NCBI RefSeq assembly: GCF_040938485.1
Contig: NW_027271533.1
Span: forward strand, 434,001-498,000
Direction: 5' to 3'
Origin: Diadema antillarum
Lineage: Eukaryota
Length of the DNA stretch: 64,000 nt
Position 1 is the stretch's first letter. Each line of letters opens with the position of its first letter. Position numbers and translations under genes: made by a program. This document shows, one piece after another, positions 36,613 to 47,702 of this stretch. Below the pieces are notes generated by a model, which saw nothing but the letters and a program-made list of their open reading frames with translations, was not told where the DNA came from and did not search any database.

Positions 36613-39589
36613 CACCATTATCATCATCATCATCATCATTTTATCATCAAGAGTAGATGTGGAAAAAAGATCGGAGAGATCTGTGCACTTGCCTTGGCAT
36701 ATGATTGCCTGATCATATTCATGGGGACACGTCACAATGGGCAGATTAAGAACGAGGCAATGGACGATTTGAACCTCCGCTGCGAAAGTAATGGTGGATA
36801 ATAATTGAGATCGTCAAGTATTATAACTGATAACATGATTATAATTACACTAATATCAAGGTGTACATACAATAATGTGTTTCTTTCATGATAGAACATG
36901 TGTATGTACTTTTATGTGAAAGTATATGACTGTTTATTATAAGGAACAATGAAAAGTCATGATCATGTAAGTTTCTGTGTGTTTGAGTAAGCATAATGAT
37001 ATAACAAATTAATTAAAATCAGTTTATCACCGAAATTGACCAGACGTATGATTTTAGCTTGATCTGGGTTAATGCACTACATTGTACACAATAATTATAC
37101 TTGGTTTTGAAAGGGGAGTACAAATGAGCTCTATAAAAGTGCAAAATGATAGTAGAAGAGGAAATGTTATCAGTCTGATCTTTCAGATTAATCCCGAAAA
37201 TATATATAAAAGGGGCATTCCAAACGATTTTCACAACTTCACATCACGTAGTACATAAATCGACACCTCCATGTATAGATTTATTGTGGTCCTTGAGCAG
37301 AGAAACCAATAAACTGAAAATCTTAAACAAATTACACTGAACAGTGTTGATGATGTCAGAGCCTCACATATTTCAGAAATGTAGCAGTGTAATTCCCTTA
37401 CAATACCGCTTGTTCAACAAGTTCACCTGTAAAAAATTTATTCATGCCTTCTTCTTTTGTTCTGCTTCCTTGAGCCCCAAATCATGCATTCTTATGGTGA
37501 GGCTGCCACGTCATCATCCCTGGCCCGTTCATTGCAGTTTGTTATGAATTTTGAAAACATTCTCATTCCTTATCCCAATCACTATAAATTCTGAAACTCT
37601 TTAACTAATTTATAGTTGTTGATTCGTTATGTAAAAGTCTGAAAATCCCCTTTAAAATGTTCCAGTCACTTATCAAGTACACAGCGATTGAAAAATGATA
37701 CAGAAACGCATCAACGGCTGACACTGACAAATTCTGTTTAAGTATAAGAAACTATCATGCCGTGACCACCAGATTATCCTGTGAAGATATCATCACTATT
37801 ACCAATTAAAATGCCATGGATATCTCAACTGAATGGGGATTAAATTATATATTTTTTAATTCATTACGACGAAAAATAGCTATGGAGGGAAGAAGTTTTT
37901 CTGACAAAGAAATAATGAAATTAAAATGCATCATTTAGGTTATAATGCCGTTTTCATCATTTAGGTTATTCTTTATACGCGTATGTGTGTGTGTGTGTGT
38001 ATTTGTGTGTCTGTGTTTGTGTTCGTTTGTCGTAAGTTGTCTTTTAAACTTGAAATATTTAGTTTCATGAAATACCTTCACTACGTCATACATGGAAGAA
38101 AATAGAATAACGATAAATACCTGTATAGTTAGGCATACATACACAATTATGTCCCTCTATTTACATACGTACATATCCGATACCTATGAATAGTAGAGAA
38201 GGAGCACGGGTACAATTAAGACCAAAAGTAATGATAAACAAAAGAGAATGACTATTACTCGGGGCTCAGAAGATTCTTCTCACATGCATTTATGTGTGTG
38301 ATAAAATGAGAACAAGTAACCACATGCTGCACACTATAGCAGTTGCTCTCATAGCAATTTAGACATGGGAGTGATAATGACGTGAATACTTAAGTACTAT
38401 TAGGGTTTAAACATTCCGGCTTCCATAGACACGGGGAAAGATTTAAAAAATGGAGAACATGAATCAGTTGCAATTCCTATATGTGATATACCAGCCAGCT
38501 GCAATGATGCATAAAAGAAAGGAAAGAAAGAAAGGAGGGGAAACTATGCGACACGACCATGGTCTTACTAGAAGTGGAAGGAAAAACACCGATGGGAAGG
38601 AATTTGAGAGAGCATGCAACTAAAATGTATATGCATGAGTCTGTTCACATGGCAACAACCGAGTAGTATAACAGAGCAGCCATCAGCATAATAAAAAGGA
38701 ATTTTAGTGCACTTGTGTGTTGTAGCTATTCAATACATGCTGTCTGAGTTTACGCTTAAAGGATGATAATGACAAGCAGCTTTTAACCTCTGTTGGGAGA
38801 TCATTCCAATATTTAGGACCTGTATACATAATTGTGTTTTTAGCGAAAACTGTTCGAGTTCGTGGAAGGTGATAAGCGTCACTCTGGCGAGTTGGATAGT
38901 GGTGGACAGAATTGTTTCTTATGAACATCTGTAAAAAGACACCAGGAAGATCTTTTGAGGAAAGTTTATACATAAAAATACCTAAATTATAACCAAACAA
39001 ATCTATCAGTTTTAAAATCTTATTTTTCTGAAATAAGGCGTTAGTGTGAGATAAATACCCAGCATGGTTAATAATTCTGATCGCTCGCTTTTGAAGAAGA
39101 AAAAGTGAATCCAGTAAGTATTTAGATGCGTTACCCCACGCAAGAATTCCATAATTAAGATATGGGGAAATCATGGTTGAATATACAATCTGCAAGATAG
39201 ACAGACAGACAGACTAACGAGAGATAAAACAACGTTAAATGCTATATACAAGTCATATAAGAGAGGTTAGAATGCTGTAGGGGTTGGTTTCCTTGAAACT
39301 TTCTGTGAGAATTTGCATACGTACAGCCAAAGCAGCTCGTGAGTCCCTGCCGGTAAACGGGAGCGGTCGGGTTGTCGCCTTCAAACGTGCCGTTGTTCCT
39401 GAAAAAGGTCACCACGCCAGGAAAACCCATCTCCCGGCACACAACTCGGGCGTTGTCGAAGTCCCACTGGTAGCCGCAGATTGAACCCCAGATACCGTCT
39501 TGGAAAATCTGTAGGATTCCCTGGTTAGGTTGATCACCACCAGCTAAGCGTATGTCATCTATAGAAATGATAATGACAACAACAACAAC

Positions 39590-39630
<41 letters not shown>

Positions 39631-39707
39631 TATGATAATAATAATAATACTAATTTTAAAAATAATATTGATAATAATAATAAATATTATCATTATAATT
39701 ATTATTA

Positions 39708-39738
<31 letters not shown>

Positions 39739-42073
39739 TATAATGACAATTATAATAATGTTGGAAAAGGTCATTCATTCGTTGAATTCATTCCGTTTAT
39801 TTCGTTACCTGATATTTGCCTAAACAATGTTAAAACAGGAAGGTGTTAGAGAAGGAGAAGAAAAAGGAATCTCTCCTTTGCACCCATTGTACTTTTTTGT
39901 ATTTTTTTTTTTTGTACTGATCATGTAGATATGAACATGTTGTTATCCCGGGCTGGCTACGTACATTCTCAACGACTCGTATGTCAATATTTATCATATT
40001 GTTTCTTGTACATTCTGTTGGGGAAAAAAAAAAGTGAAAATAACGTTTGAATTTGAATTTGAATTTGAAACAAAACAAAAAAAAAATATGCTCCGTGCCA
40101 CCGCGAAGTTATGAGCTCCATCGCAGGGTTAGTAAATAAATTGCTCTGACAAAATACGACACTACAAAATAGATGTAGTAATATTTGTGACGTATTAGAT
40201 GATATTGTTCTAACTATAGATTTTAAGTTATTGAAGAAATGTAATCACGTAACTTTTCTTGGTATTCAAATTGACAAACATTTACAATGGAATGAGCATT
40301 TCGATTATGGGAACAATAAGGTTTCGAACTGTGTTGGCTTTTTATACAAACTAAAAAATTGCTTTCCCCGATCTGCTCTTCTCATTTTTTTTTTTTATAA
40401 TTTGTTGATATTACCCTATTTGTCATATTGTCTAACAGTTTGGGGCAACAGTAATCAGTACAAGTTAAATTCTATTTTGAAATTACAAAAGAAGGCTGCA
40501 CGTATTTGCACAGGGAGTCATTATCATTCTCATTCTACGCCACAGTTTAAACAACTTAACATATTACAAATTCAAGATTTATATTCCTACCATATTGCAA
40601 TACTCGGCTTCTTTTATTTCAAAAACTTGTTACCATTGCACATAATGTAAATGTTAATTATCAATAACAATATTCACCATTATGAGACCCGCAAAAGTCA
40701 TGATTTTCATTTGTTTAAAGTTAACTCCACTTTTGCTCAAAGATCTGTCAGATTTAGCTTTCCTGTCATCTGGAACTTATTACCATATGAGTCATGTCAA
40801 ACATTAAGATTGCTAAAAAAAAACCCTCAAAAGGTCGTTTTTACTGAATTATTGAATTATTCATGAAAAATTGATCTCCCTTATTTTGTATCTAAATATC
40901 TTTGTATTTGTGTGTGTGTGTGTGTGTGTGTGTGTTTTATGTGTTTCCTCATCAATCTGACTTGTTGTAATATATGCCAGTAAAATACCTCATTAGATTT
41001 TTTTAAGAGAACTTACATCCTCACAAGGCTTCTAAAGCTTTCCTCCATGTCCTCTTTTTTATTTCGCATTTAATTTTACCAAAGACAGTATTCCTCAGTT
41101 AAATATCTAAGTGCGTTATTTTGTTAATTGTTATGTCCATTATGTTCTTATCAATTATTGTATGGTTTGTATTTATGTATGTATGCATTGCATGTTTGTT
41201 TGTTTTTATCGTAGAAATCAATAAACGAACTGAACTGAACTGAACTGAACTGAACTGAAGTTCTGTGTAAGTATGTACCATTGACTTAAAATACAACATA
41301 GCCAGCACCAATTCACTGTTCCCTTCAGCGGCATTTTCTACTTTCAGTGTGCAAAGAATGTAGAACGCGCGAAGAAAATTAGTAAAAGAAAAGCTTTATA
41401 CCTTAACCTTACCTGTAAAATGCCAGGAAACGCGAAGAAACACGCATTAGCCAATTATTTACCCAGTGATTCGGAAGATTTAACGTTCAAGTGCTAAATC
41501 TGGCATACAGTATGATGCACAAAATTAATGTGCACAAGATGGTTACAGCTAAAGAGTACATTCACTTTCTTATGAGATACTGATACTCCTTTTACAGAGG
41601 AGGCGTTGATAACAAATTAATTTGAAGAAAAAATTAAAGTAGCTGTTCCGTGCAAAATTGCCACCAAGTTCCATTTACAGGACATTCCTCCTTTTCCTTC
41701 CTTACAACGTTTCCTCTGAAATATGTCTTTAAAAAGGCTAGATTCAACAACTTCTTTATTTGGTCTCCGTATCAAAACTCATATGGAAGAGTGGCCTGGA
41801 GCATGGAACATCATTGCCAGTAAGATGATAGGCATTCAATTATCATGCTATAGACCCTATACTCATAAATCAACACGAATTGTGAAGAGAATGCACTTCT
41901 TCTCTACCACCTCTCTGGTAAGACAAGCACACCTTGCCTGATATGCTTAAATACGGGAATAAAAAAAGAAAATCGAGATACATACCATTCGAAGCCGCTC
42001 GCGTCTGCAAAATATGAAAAGATAGCATGAGCATTAACACGCATAAAGACGTAATCCTCGAAAGAGATTCCAT
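26556..42073 (-). CDS. Receptor gene B: SP-SRCR-WSC-3x sushi-TM-Tyr-motif tail, intact, 639 aa
   Basis: Exons 41986-42073, 39325-39558, 36693-36779, 33315-33426, 32316-32494, 31112-31312, 29140-29331, 28835-29029, 27673-27754, 26556-27105 sum to 1920 nt. All phases are compatible and there are no internal stops. Confidence 0.88.
27673..27754 (-). CDS. Gene B exon 9, transmembrane
   Basis: DSPGYLSAGVVFGVICATLICTALIVF(C); 82 nt, phase 1-2, donor GTAAGT. Confidence 0.88.
28835..29029 (-). CDS. Gene B exon 8, sushi/CCP 3
   Basis: GSCEELQAPMNG...FSCSHDYLLMGDEILQC...WNGTVPEC; 195 nt, phase 1-1. Confidence 0.9.
29140..29331 (-). CDS. Gene B exon 7, sushi/CCP 2
   Basis: GSCKKLEAPANG...FGCNYNYVLEGDYVLTC...WNGTIPVC; 192 nt, phase 1-1. 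Confidence 0.9.
29396..29670. mobile_element. Palindromic CAGCCCA(T/C)GAG-repeat MITE, copy 1
   Basis: Left cagcccacgag repeats, right ctcatgggct repeats, end gggtgtcggtctcgtgagatgaccc. Confidence 0.7.
30675..30926. mobile_element. Palindromic CAGCCCA(T/C)GAG-repeat MITE, copy 2
   Basis: TIR cores gaccgacacccatgagtcatacagcc / ggctgtatgactcatgggtgtcgatc. Confidence 0.75.
31112..31312 (-). CDS. Gene B exon 6, sushi/CCP 1
   Basis: GFCDELPPPING...HFGCDDGYELSEDAHVQC...WKGNIPTCI; 201 nt, phase 1-1. Confidence 0.9.
32316..32494 (-). CDS. Gene B exon 5, WSC C-half
   Basis: INGYPFAALGRGECVC...EQCSTICPGNRFQACGGPG...AYYT; 179 nt, phase 2-1; gives 8 WSC cysteines with exon 4. Confidence 0.88.
33315..33426 (-). 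CDS. Gene B exon 4, WSC N-half
   Basis: VYGYEGCFRMDD...NSNDDCIEAC(R); 112 nt, phase 1-2, donor GTAAAG. Confidence 0.85.
33523..34876. mobile_element. Non-autonomous hAT-superfamily element
   Basis: 17-bp TIR CAGTGGCGTATCTAGGG, perfect 8-bp TSD ACTACGAG (33515-33522 and 34877-34884), three internal tandem units of about 230-255 bp, no transposase ORF. Confidence 0.92.
36556..36639. repeat. (CAT)n microsatellite
   Basis: Direct reading. Confidence 0.95.
36693..36779 (-). CDS. Gene B exon 3, SRCR C-half (GC donor)
   Basis: SEVQIVHCLVLNLPIVTCPHEYDQAIICQ; 87 nt, the same length as gene A exon 3; donor CAAG|GCAAGT. Confidence 0.8.
38704..39195 (-). mobile_element. 3' fragment of CR1/L2-group (Crack-like) LINE ORF2
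   Basis: PYLNYGILAWG...LQKRAIRII...HHYPTRQ...YTGPKYWNDLP...SLSSFKRKL. Confidence 0.85.
39325..39558 (-). CDS. Gene B exon 2, SRCR N-half
   Basis: DDIRLAGGDQPNQGILQIFQDGIWGSICGYQWDFDNARVVCREMGFPG...LTSCFG; 234 nt, phase 1-1. Confidence 0.9.
39591..39757. repeat. (AAT)n/(ATT)n microsatellite upstream of the SRCR acceptor
   Basis: Direct reading. Confidence 0.9.
40231..41260 (+). mobile_element. 3' fragment of CR1/L2-group LINE with 3' UTR and (AACTG)n tail
   Basis: FLGIQIDKHLQW...PYLSYCLTVWG...LQKKAARI...HHYETR...WNLLP with one stop; AATAAA followed by (GAACT)n at about 41219-41258. Confidence 0.8.
41986..42073 (-). CDS. Gene B exon 1, signal peptide
   Basis: MESLSRITSLCVLMLMLSFHILQTRAASN; donor G|GTATGT, phase 1. 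Confidence 0.75.
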
Positions 42074-42696
42074 CGTACCAAAGTGTTAAAAATGTATTGT
42101 CACATCTGGCAAGAAATAAGTACAGATTTCCTCTCTTCAAAACAGTACAGCAGCCACATGCTGACACTTGCCACCAATTGACAAAGACAATGACATTGCA
42201 TTTTTTTATATGTCTTCAGATTATCATAGAGATACAATGTATACAAGCATATATAAGATGTAAAACTGAAACGAAAAGCAGGTCAAGTGACGTTTCCGGC
42301 CAGGATTTCCTGTTATTTTCAATCATAATTACGTTCATATTATAGAGATTATAGATCCGGACATCGCTGTAACAGGCTTCGCGTGATAAGTAGACTCCTT
42401 GATCCGAGCTACTTGGGACCTTCAAATACGAAGCTTATCCGCCCACGCCCTTGAGAAGTGGAGAATGAATTCATTTCCGTTCAATTCAAGCAGTTAAAAA
42501 AATATAGAGAGAAGTAATAGTGATAATAAAAGATTAATCGGCTAACCAAGTTTTGGTCAAATAAAGACAGAACATAATCTAGATACTCAGCTTCTTTAAT
42601 GGCCTGTGTATATGAACCTCCTGTCATGACTATTCTTAGACTATTGAAATAAGATGTAGGAAATCGAAACTCTATGAAGGTTTCTTTAAAAAAAAG

Positions 42697-43536
42697 ATGA
42701 AGAAGAAGACATCGCAGTTAACGGTCAATCGAAATGCCTTGATTCAATCCGTTGTTTGTTCAAAATAGTGACAGAGACTTTGATAGCAAGTGCAATCACT
42801 GCGGAGGATGTAGCATCTTATGATCTCTCAACTTGGCATACCTATTACGAAGATTTTATCCATAGTATATTTATGGTGTTTTGCTTATACTTTCTGTTTT
42901 AGTCAGGTTGTCAATTTCTTCGGTGCATGAAAAGAGAAGGGAGAAAACAAATTCAAACAAAAAATACAACAACAACAACATCATTTTACAAACATCTTAA
43001 AGACTACTTCTGGTAATTAATGTTATCATTTCGAACTTCCAGACAGGGCCTTGGTAACCTATAAAACGCATACTTCCAGGAGTAGTACGTGTCCTGGAAA
43101 TTTATCCAGTCGTACTATTTGTGGGATATGGTGGTAGGTACTTATAATTATGTCTCCTATGAATCTTTAGCCAAATCATTGTTAATTGTGCAGTAAGTTG
43201 GGAGAGAGAGAGAAAAAAAGAGATTTTTCTGCCTGTAGTGAACGAAAAAAAATGCGATTGATGTGATGACTATCATTGCGGATATTAGGCATTAATATTT
43301 AACAGTATTTTGGAAACATAAAAACCGCATATTTCTGAAGTCTTATTTTAACTTTCATTTCATTTAATTTTCTCTTTATTCACCACATAAAAGGGTGCAA
43401 TATTCATGCTAAAACAATTCAAGTGTTTCATTAAAAAGGCAAAAACAGAAAAAAAATGTAAACACACTTTGTCTTTAGCTCCGGGTTGACACACGAGATG
43501 TCTGCGATCTACTATGCCAAAAGAAAATGCAAGTAG
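42697..43536 (+). CDS. Candidate 3' exons of a small Cys-containing protein of unknown family
   Basis: Putative exons 42697-42864 (168 nt, phase 1-1), 43043-43133 (phase 1-2) and 43479-43536 (to TAG) join in frame. There is no start exon or recognised domain, and the first acceptor and donor are weak. Confidence 0.25.
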
Positions 43537-44340
43537 GGATTCGAGCGGATTTTGCACTTCCTGGAGACCTTTTATTCCCCCAAAATGAAAAGCGTAATTT
43601 CCCCTCGAAACTCTCGTCACAATCAGCTGAGCAGCATGATACGTGCTCGATGTAAAGGAAAAGTGTATCAGTCTTTGTATACCTCCTTGTACAGCCTCAT
43701 GGATAGATGAAATGAACCCCACATACGATTTCAAACGGGAACAGCTGGGAGGATTCAATCAACAGGAAGCCTAGGTGCAGGAGGCTGGGCTAGATTTTTT
43801 TTTTCAATTTATTTGATTTCTTTAAGTTTTTGAATATTCGGACCATTTCCTTAACAATCACAACTTATCATTTTTTTTTAATCACTGTTAATAAAGATAA
43901 AAAATGATTATGACTTTAACGTGACTTCACTTGATAACCGAAAGCAGAAATCCATTTCACCTTTTCGAGTTTGAATATGAAAAAGAAATGAAACAGAAAG
44001 GTGTGTATGTGTGCTTTTGTTTGTTTGTTTTTCCTTTTTTTGTCGAAAGCAAGAAACGGGTTTTCCTTTCAAGCTATATTGTGATAATTACAAATATATG
44101 ACTTTGCACATTGTAATGTCATGTTCCGGAAACAGGACCAAAGTCACAACAGCATCTTGCAAGAGATTATAGTGTACATCTATTTTGTAACTGCTGTTGG
44201 CCTTCTGCTTCTGTTTCAGCTTCATGCTGTGTAGACTGTATATCACGTTCACAGAGAATAATATAAGAATATGGGAACATGATAATTATGATATATATTT
44301 AGAATTATATATCACGTATAAATAGATATAAAATTATCAG

Positions 44341-44392
<52 letters not shown>

Positions 44393-46226
44393 TCACGCTT
44401 AAGCATGTTAAACATTTCAAAACTTGTTTAAACAATACGTTCGCATTAGACAAATTTTCAATCAAGCAGGTATAATATTTTTTTTTAAAGAAACACGCTC
44501 CTTTTTATTTGCAGCGAAATGATATTAAAATTTTATTTGAACCTACATGGAAAATAATTGATTACAGAAGTGTTTTTGTCAATTATCCACTAAAAATATT
44601 TACATTTGAAGTTATGTACACTTACTTCACAAAGACGGACTACGCGCATATCATACATGTACTACTTATGTAACTCAATGCATCAAAATGACTCTTTTTC
44701 ATCATCCACGTAGATTCTCATCGCGCTCTGATTGTTCAAAAACACAGGAGTTTTGCTTTTCGGGACAACGACGTCCCAGAGCGCTTTAAAACGAAAATTG
44801 AAAATATACCATTCAGACTTGGCGCGGGAACACACAATATATTTCCTACACTTCCGACTTCCGACTTTCTTACATTTTTTTTTTTAATGTTAATTTGTTG
44901 GCAGGTTTTTTTTTTTTGCTTGTTTGTTTGTTTGTTTGCTTGTTTGTTTGTTTGTTTAAGTGTTTGTTTAAGTGTTTGTTTGAGTGTTTGTTTAATTTTG
45001 ATTGATTGGTTGGTTGATTGATTGATTGTATCTTTGATGCCACGATGATTGTTGTACATACAGCTCACAACTGGAAGTGCATTATGCTGTCATTTCATTT
45101 TTGTTTTCCCTTTGACAACTTTACCTTTGGCGATTTTTTCTTTCTTCTTCTATTTTCATTGTTCGTGAGTCAGATTAAGCTAAAGTTCCCTAATGGGTAA
45201 TCTATTGGTTTACAAACCGTTTCTTTTTTGTGTAGATTCCTTCGCATTTTGCAATTTTTTGTGTACGCATCATGAGCAAGAAAAAAAAAACATGTTTCTT
45301 TCGTATTTCATAGTTAAGGGTTGAGTTTTTAATTAATGGTAAAATAATTGTTAAAACAGTTGTTGTGCATGCTTATAATGATTTTCTTTTGGGAATTGTG
45401 CTTGTTTGTTGTTTTTTTATATGATTTTCCAAACTGAAATACGAAAATAGGCAGCAAAACAAACAAACAACATTAGTATCACACAATGTATTCGGTAAAA
45501 AAAAGTGTTGTGCTATTAAACCAATAACTCGCGATATGAGATCGCCGTTAGATATGCGGGGAATGTTACAATATCGATGTAATCAAAGTAAAACTAGTAT
45601 CGCATCTGTGTAATTCTACATACAAAGAAGTTTGATTTGTTCTACATGTATATAATGTTATTATGTGTGTTATTTATTGATGTTCCCTATTTGTGAAATG
45701 ACTTTCATTTTCAACTCTTTTAAGCACGGGCTCATCTCTGAATATAGCCGTTTGTAAGTAGCCATATTTCATCATTGTTATCATTTCATTTGCATTAGTA
45801 TTGTTATTATCATTATCATTATTATCATCATTATTACTATTATCATTATCATCATCATCAGTATCATAAAGTTCTCATAATTTCCTGTTTTTTGTAGAAT
45901 GTTTAATGAACGTACAAGATTAACATTGAGACACATTGCTTACCCCAACTGCATCTAACCCTCCCCCCCCCCTCCCTCTCCCTCTCACGCTGTGTCGGTT
46001 CTACCCTTCCTCTTTTCGAGTCTCCCAATCTCTCTTTCTCTCTCTCTCTGTGTCAGGTATGACAACAATTAACTTTCTCTCTCATTCCACGTTAGTTTCA
46101 GAATCACTCGTGCCATAAATTCCAGTAATCATACAAAGGTCACAATATGTCATGTAATTTTTTATCGATATAATTTATTATTTACAAATAGTATTTACAG
46201 TATGTACAAATTTTGTCTAGACAGTT

Positions 46227-47702
46227 CTAGTTTAAGAGTTTTGCCAACTCCTCATCCACCATCCTCATGTCCCTTGTCCTCTTGGCAGCTTCCCTCCTCC
46301 TCCTCCTCTCCTCCGCCTTCTTCTCTTTCTCCATCCTGTCCAACTCCAGTCTCAAGTTGGACTCTTCCTCCTTCTTTGCCAGTTTCTGGACTTTTTCCTG
46401 GCGGATGACGTCAGCTTTTCTCTTGGCGTCATAGGCACGAAGTTCTCTGTCCACCATCTTGGTGTTCGCGCGCTGTACAATCAACTGTGGAAAAAACAAC
46501 AAGTGATTATATTAGTTTCATATCATGTCACCAAATCCAAGAAATATGCATAATTTTTTTTCTTTAATCTGTGTTCAACGAGTCACGACGTTAAATAAGA
46601 ATGCAATGTTGAAATGTATGAAAGCAAAAGTGACAGCATTAAGTACCTCTCTTTTTTGCCTGGCCAGCTCCATCTTGTTCTGGATATGAGTCTTGAGTTT
46701 GTCCCCACTCATGGACCTGGCTCGGCTCTTGAGTTTCGTCAAGCGAACAGGCGCTGGCTTCACCGCTCTCGCAATGTCCTCTGGGTCCACCAGATCGAAG
46801 GCGAAGCCTCCTGCGCGAGACCGTGCTCGAGACATGACAGAGCAAGGGCGATCGACGTCGCCGACATCCGCGCAAGCAGAGTTGTTGTCATTCGTAAAGG
46901 CAGATTTGTCCTTTGGTTGTTGAACGGAAGCAGACAGACTGTTGTTCTGGACATCTGAAAACAAACGGAAAACAATAGACTGCCGATGTTGGCTTTTGTT
47001 TAAATGATACAGGTTGCATTAGAATGATCGCAATTAATATTTCAAATTTGAATAACAATAAGAAGAATAAATATTTACGAACCAACCTGTCTCATTAGAG
47101 GAAGCCTCCATGCAGCGAGCAATCTCGGCACTGACGTCACTGGTTGTTGGAGAACGACCTGAGCGGTGGTTGGCGGGGGTTCTCTGTGACGTCACATTAT
47201 TGTCAGACTGCAAGGGAACAACCTGCAAACAGACGAGAAATCAGATAATAATAATAAAATAATAATGATAATAGCGAGACTCTTATAAAGCGCACATTTC
47301 TCATGTTTCTACCTAAAAAAGATACTCAAGGCGCTATAGAACAAAGTACATATTGTGTCACGTTACAACAGTATCACAGAAAATAATAAGACAAACCAAC
47401 AAACAACAGGCCTATATACGTACACATACTATACATACAGATAAAGATACAAACCAACTCTTTTCATTTTACCTAAGTCCTATAACATACAGAATTATAC
47501 GTAAGGATACTTTCTTTAATTTGATGTGAAAGCGTCATTTTTGAAGGTTGTTCGGTGATAACTGTAGGTTGATAAAAAAAATAATAATAATTAGTAAATG
47601 CATTATTACCTTGTTCCTTCTGAAGAGGCTCCAGAATCGGCGCTTTCCAGAAATAGTTCTGGAAAGCGACATCGGCACAACTTTGGATTGATTACAACCC
47701 AT
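46227..47702 (-). CDS. Stathmin-domain (STMND1/CCDC198-like) protein, copy 1, 264 aa
   Basis: Exons 47610-47702, 47087-47222, 46647-46954, 46227-46484; GT-AG, phases 0,1,0. MGC N-terminus; AGGFAFDL...PVRLTKLK...IQNKMELARQKRE resembles the stathmin core (family call from recalled similarity), followed by a charged coiled coil. Confidence 0.8.

Noticed and set aside
36520-36801. Poly-His, poly-Ile and poly-Met ORFs (also 17450-18104, 26409-26738, 39559-39823, 49430-49888)
   Set aside because: Translations of (CAT)n, (ATT)n and (GTA)n microsatellites with no splice or domain support.
41723-41941. Plus-strand 72-aa ORF with two GTAAGA donors in gene B intron 1
   Set aside because: Antisense to gene B, no domain, and it cannot be linked convincingly to the 42.7-43.5 kb candidate.
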